Shown: positions 63,596 through 64,000 of the stretch, piece by piece
How the letters are laid out: every line of letters starts with the position of its first letter
Numbering within the stretch: position 1 is the stretch's first letter
Source: Mobula hypostoma
Lineage: Eukaryota
Assembly: GCF_963921235.1 (NCBI RefSeq)
Contig: NC_086108.1
Span: 20,026,001-20,090,000 of the forward strand
Direction: 5' to 3'
Length of the DNA stretch: 64,000 bases
The notes under the pieces: model-generated
Told to the model about the DNA's origin: nothing
Databases searched by the model: none
What the model saw: the letters and a program-made list of their open reading frames with translations, nothing else
Program-made: the position numbers and the translations under genes

Positions 63596-63642
63596 GTTTT
63601 GTAGACGTTGAGACACCAACATTATTTAAGAGAACACCTGGA
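63596..63642 (+). CDS. DARS2: DARS2 exon 7 (gene continues beyond the window)
   Basis: ttcAG acceptor and GTaagt donor, 47 nt. Encodes (G)FVDVETPTLFKRTPG, class II aaRS motif 1. Confidence 0.96.
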
Positions 63643-64000
63643 GTAAGTACGCCAAATATTTCTGCTCTTCCCAACTGCATTTTCTTTTCTACCTCTTATA
63701 GGTGAAAGAGGTGGAAAAGAAACCGTAGCTTAAAAAGTTTCCATTCAAAAACATGCCATTCTCAATGGTGGTTAGATTTTTCTTCTCCCAACCCAATACC
63801 ATTCTATCTTAGTTCACAAAATATACTTTTGAGAAACCTTGGATCAGTTCTCCTTGGACTTTTTGCCCTTGCCCATTCTGTTTTAAATAATTCAGATCAA
63901 TTATGGGGCCTTAACTGGTGAACTCTGCATAGATCTGACACCTCCCTACATGTCTGAGTACATTACCTCACCACATGATGAGCTGGAGCAGAACTATTGT

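Noticed and set aside
1..64000. CRISPR arrays, tRNA/rRNA genes, prokaryotic operons
   Set aside because: None seen. The short repeats are retroelement tails such as (TTTCTATG)n, (GACTAT)n and (TAATC)n.

Overview
This is eukaryotic (vertebrate) DNA, not prokaryotic. The repeat content (CR1, L1, Rex1-like and Penelope elements) suggests a cartilaginous fish, probably a ray; that assignment is inference. The window spans the head-to-head CENPL / DARS2 locus. DARS2 (mitochondrial aspartyl-tRNA synthetase) coding exons 1-7 lie on the + strand (15651-63642) with canonical GT-AG sites and a continuous reading frame. The first coding exon of CENPL lies on the - strand (5884-6042), and a GC/CpG-rich bidirectional promoter sits at about 15.3-15.9 kb. 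Most of the remaining sequence is nested transposable elements: CR1, L1, Rex1-like, Penelope-like, hAT, Tc1, Chapaev and solo LTR. The main points of interest are (1) minimal hammerhead-ribozyme motifs in Penelope termini, including an intact-core sense copy inside a 250-bp fold-back in DARS2 intron 2; (2) an ORF1-only L1 bounded by a target-site duplication (TSD); (3) an inverted pair of CR1 elements with closely related ORF2s but different ORF1s flanking exons 4-6; (4) a 96-bp templated copy across the promoter; and (5) a single CATG palindrome that is in frame with both divergent genes.
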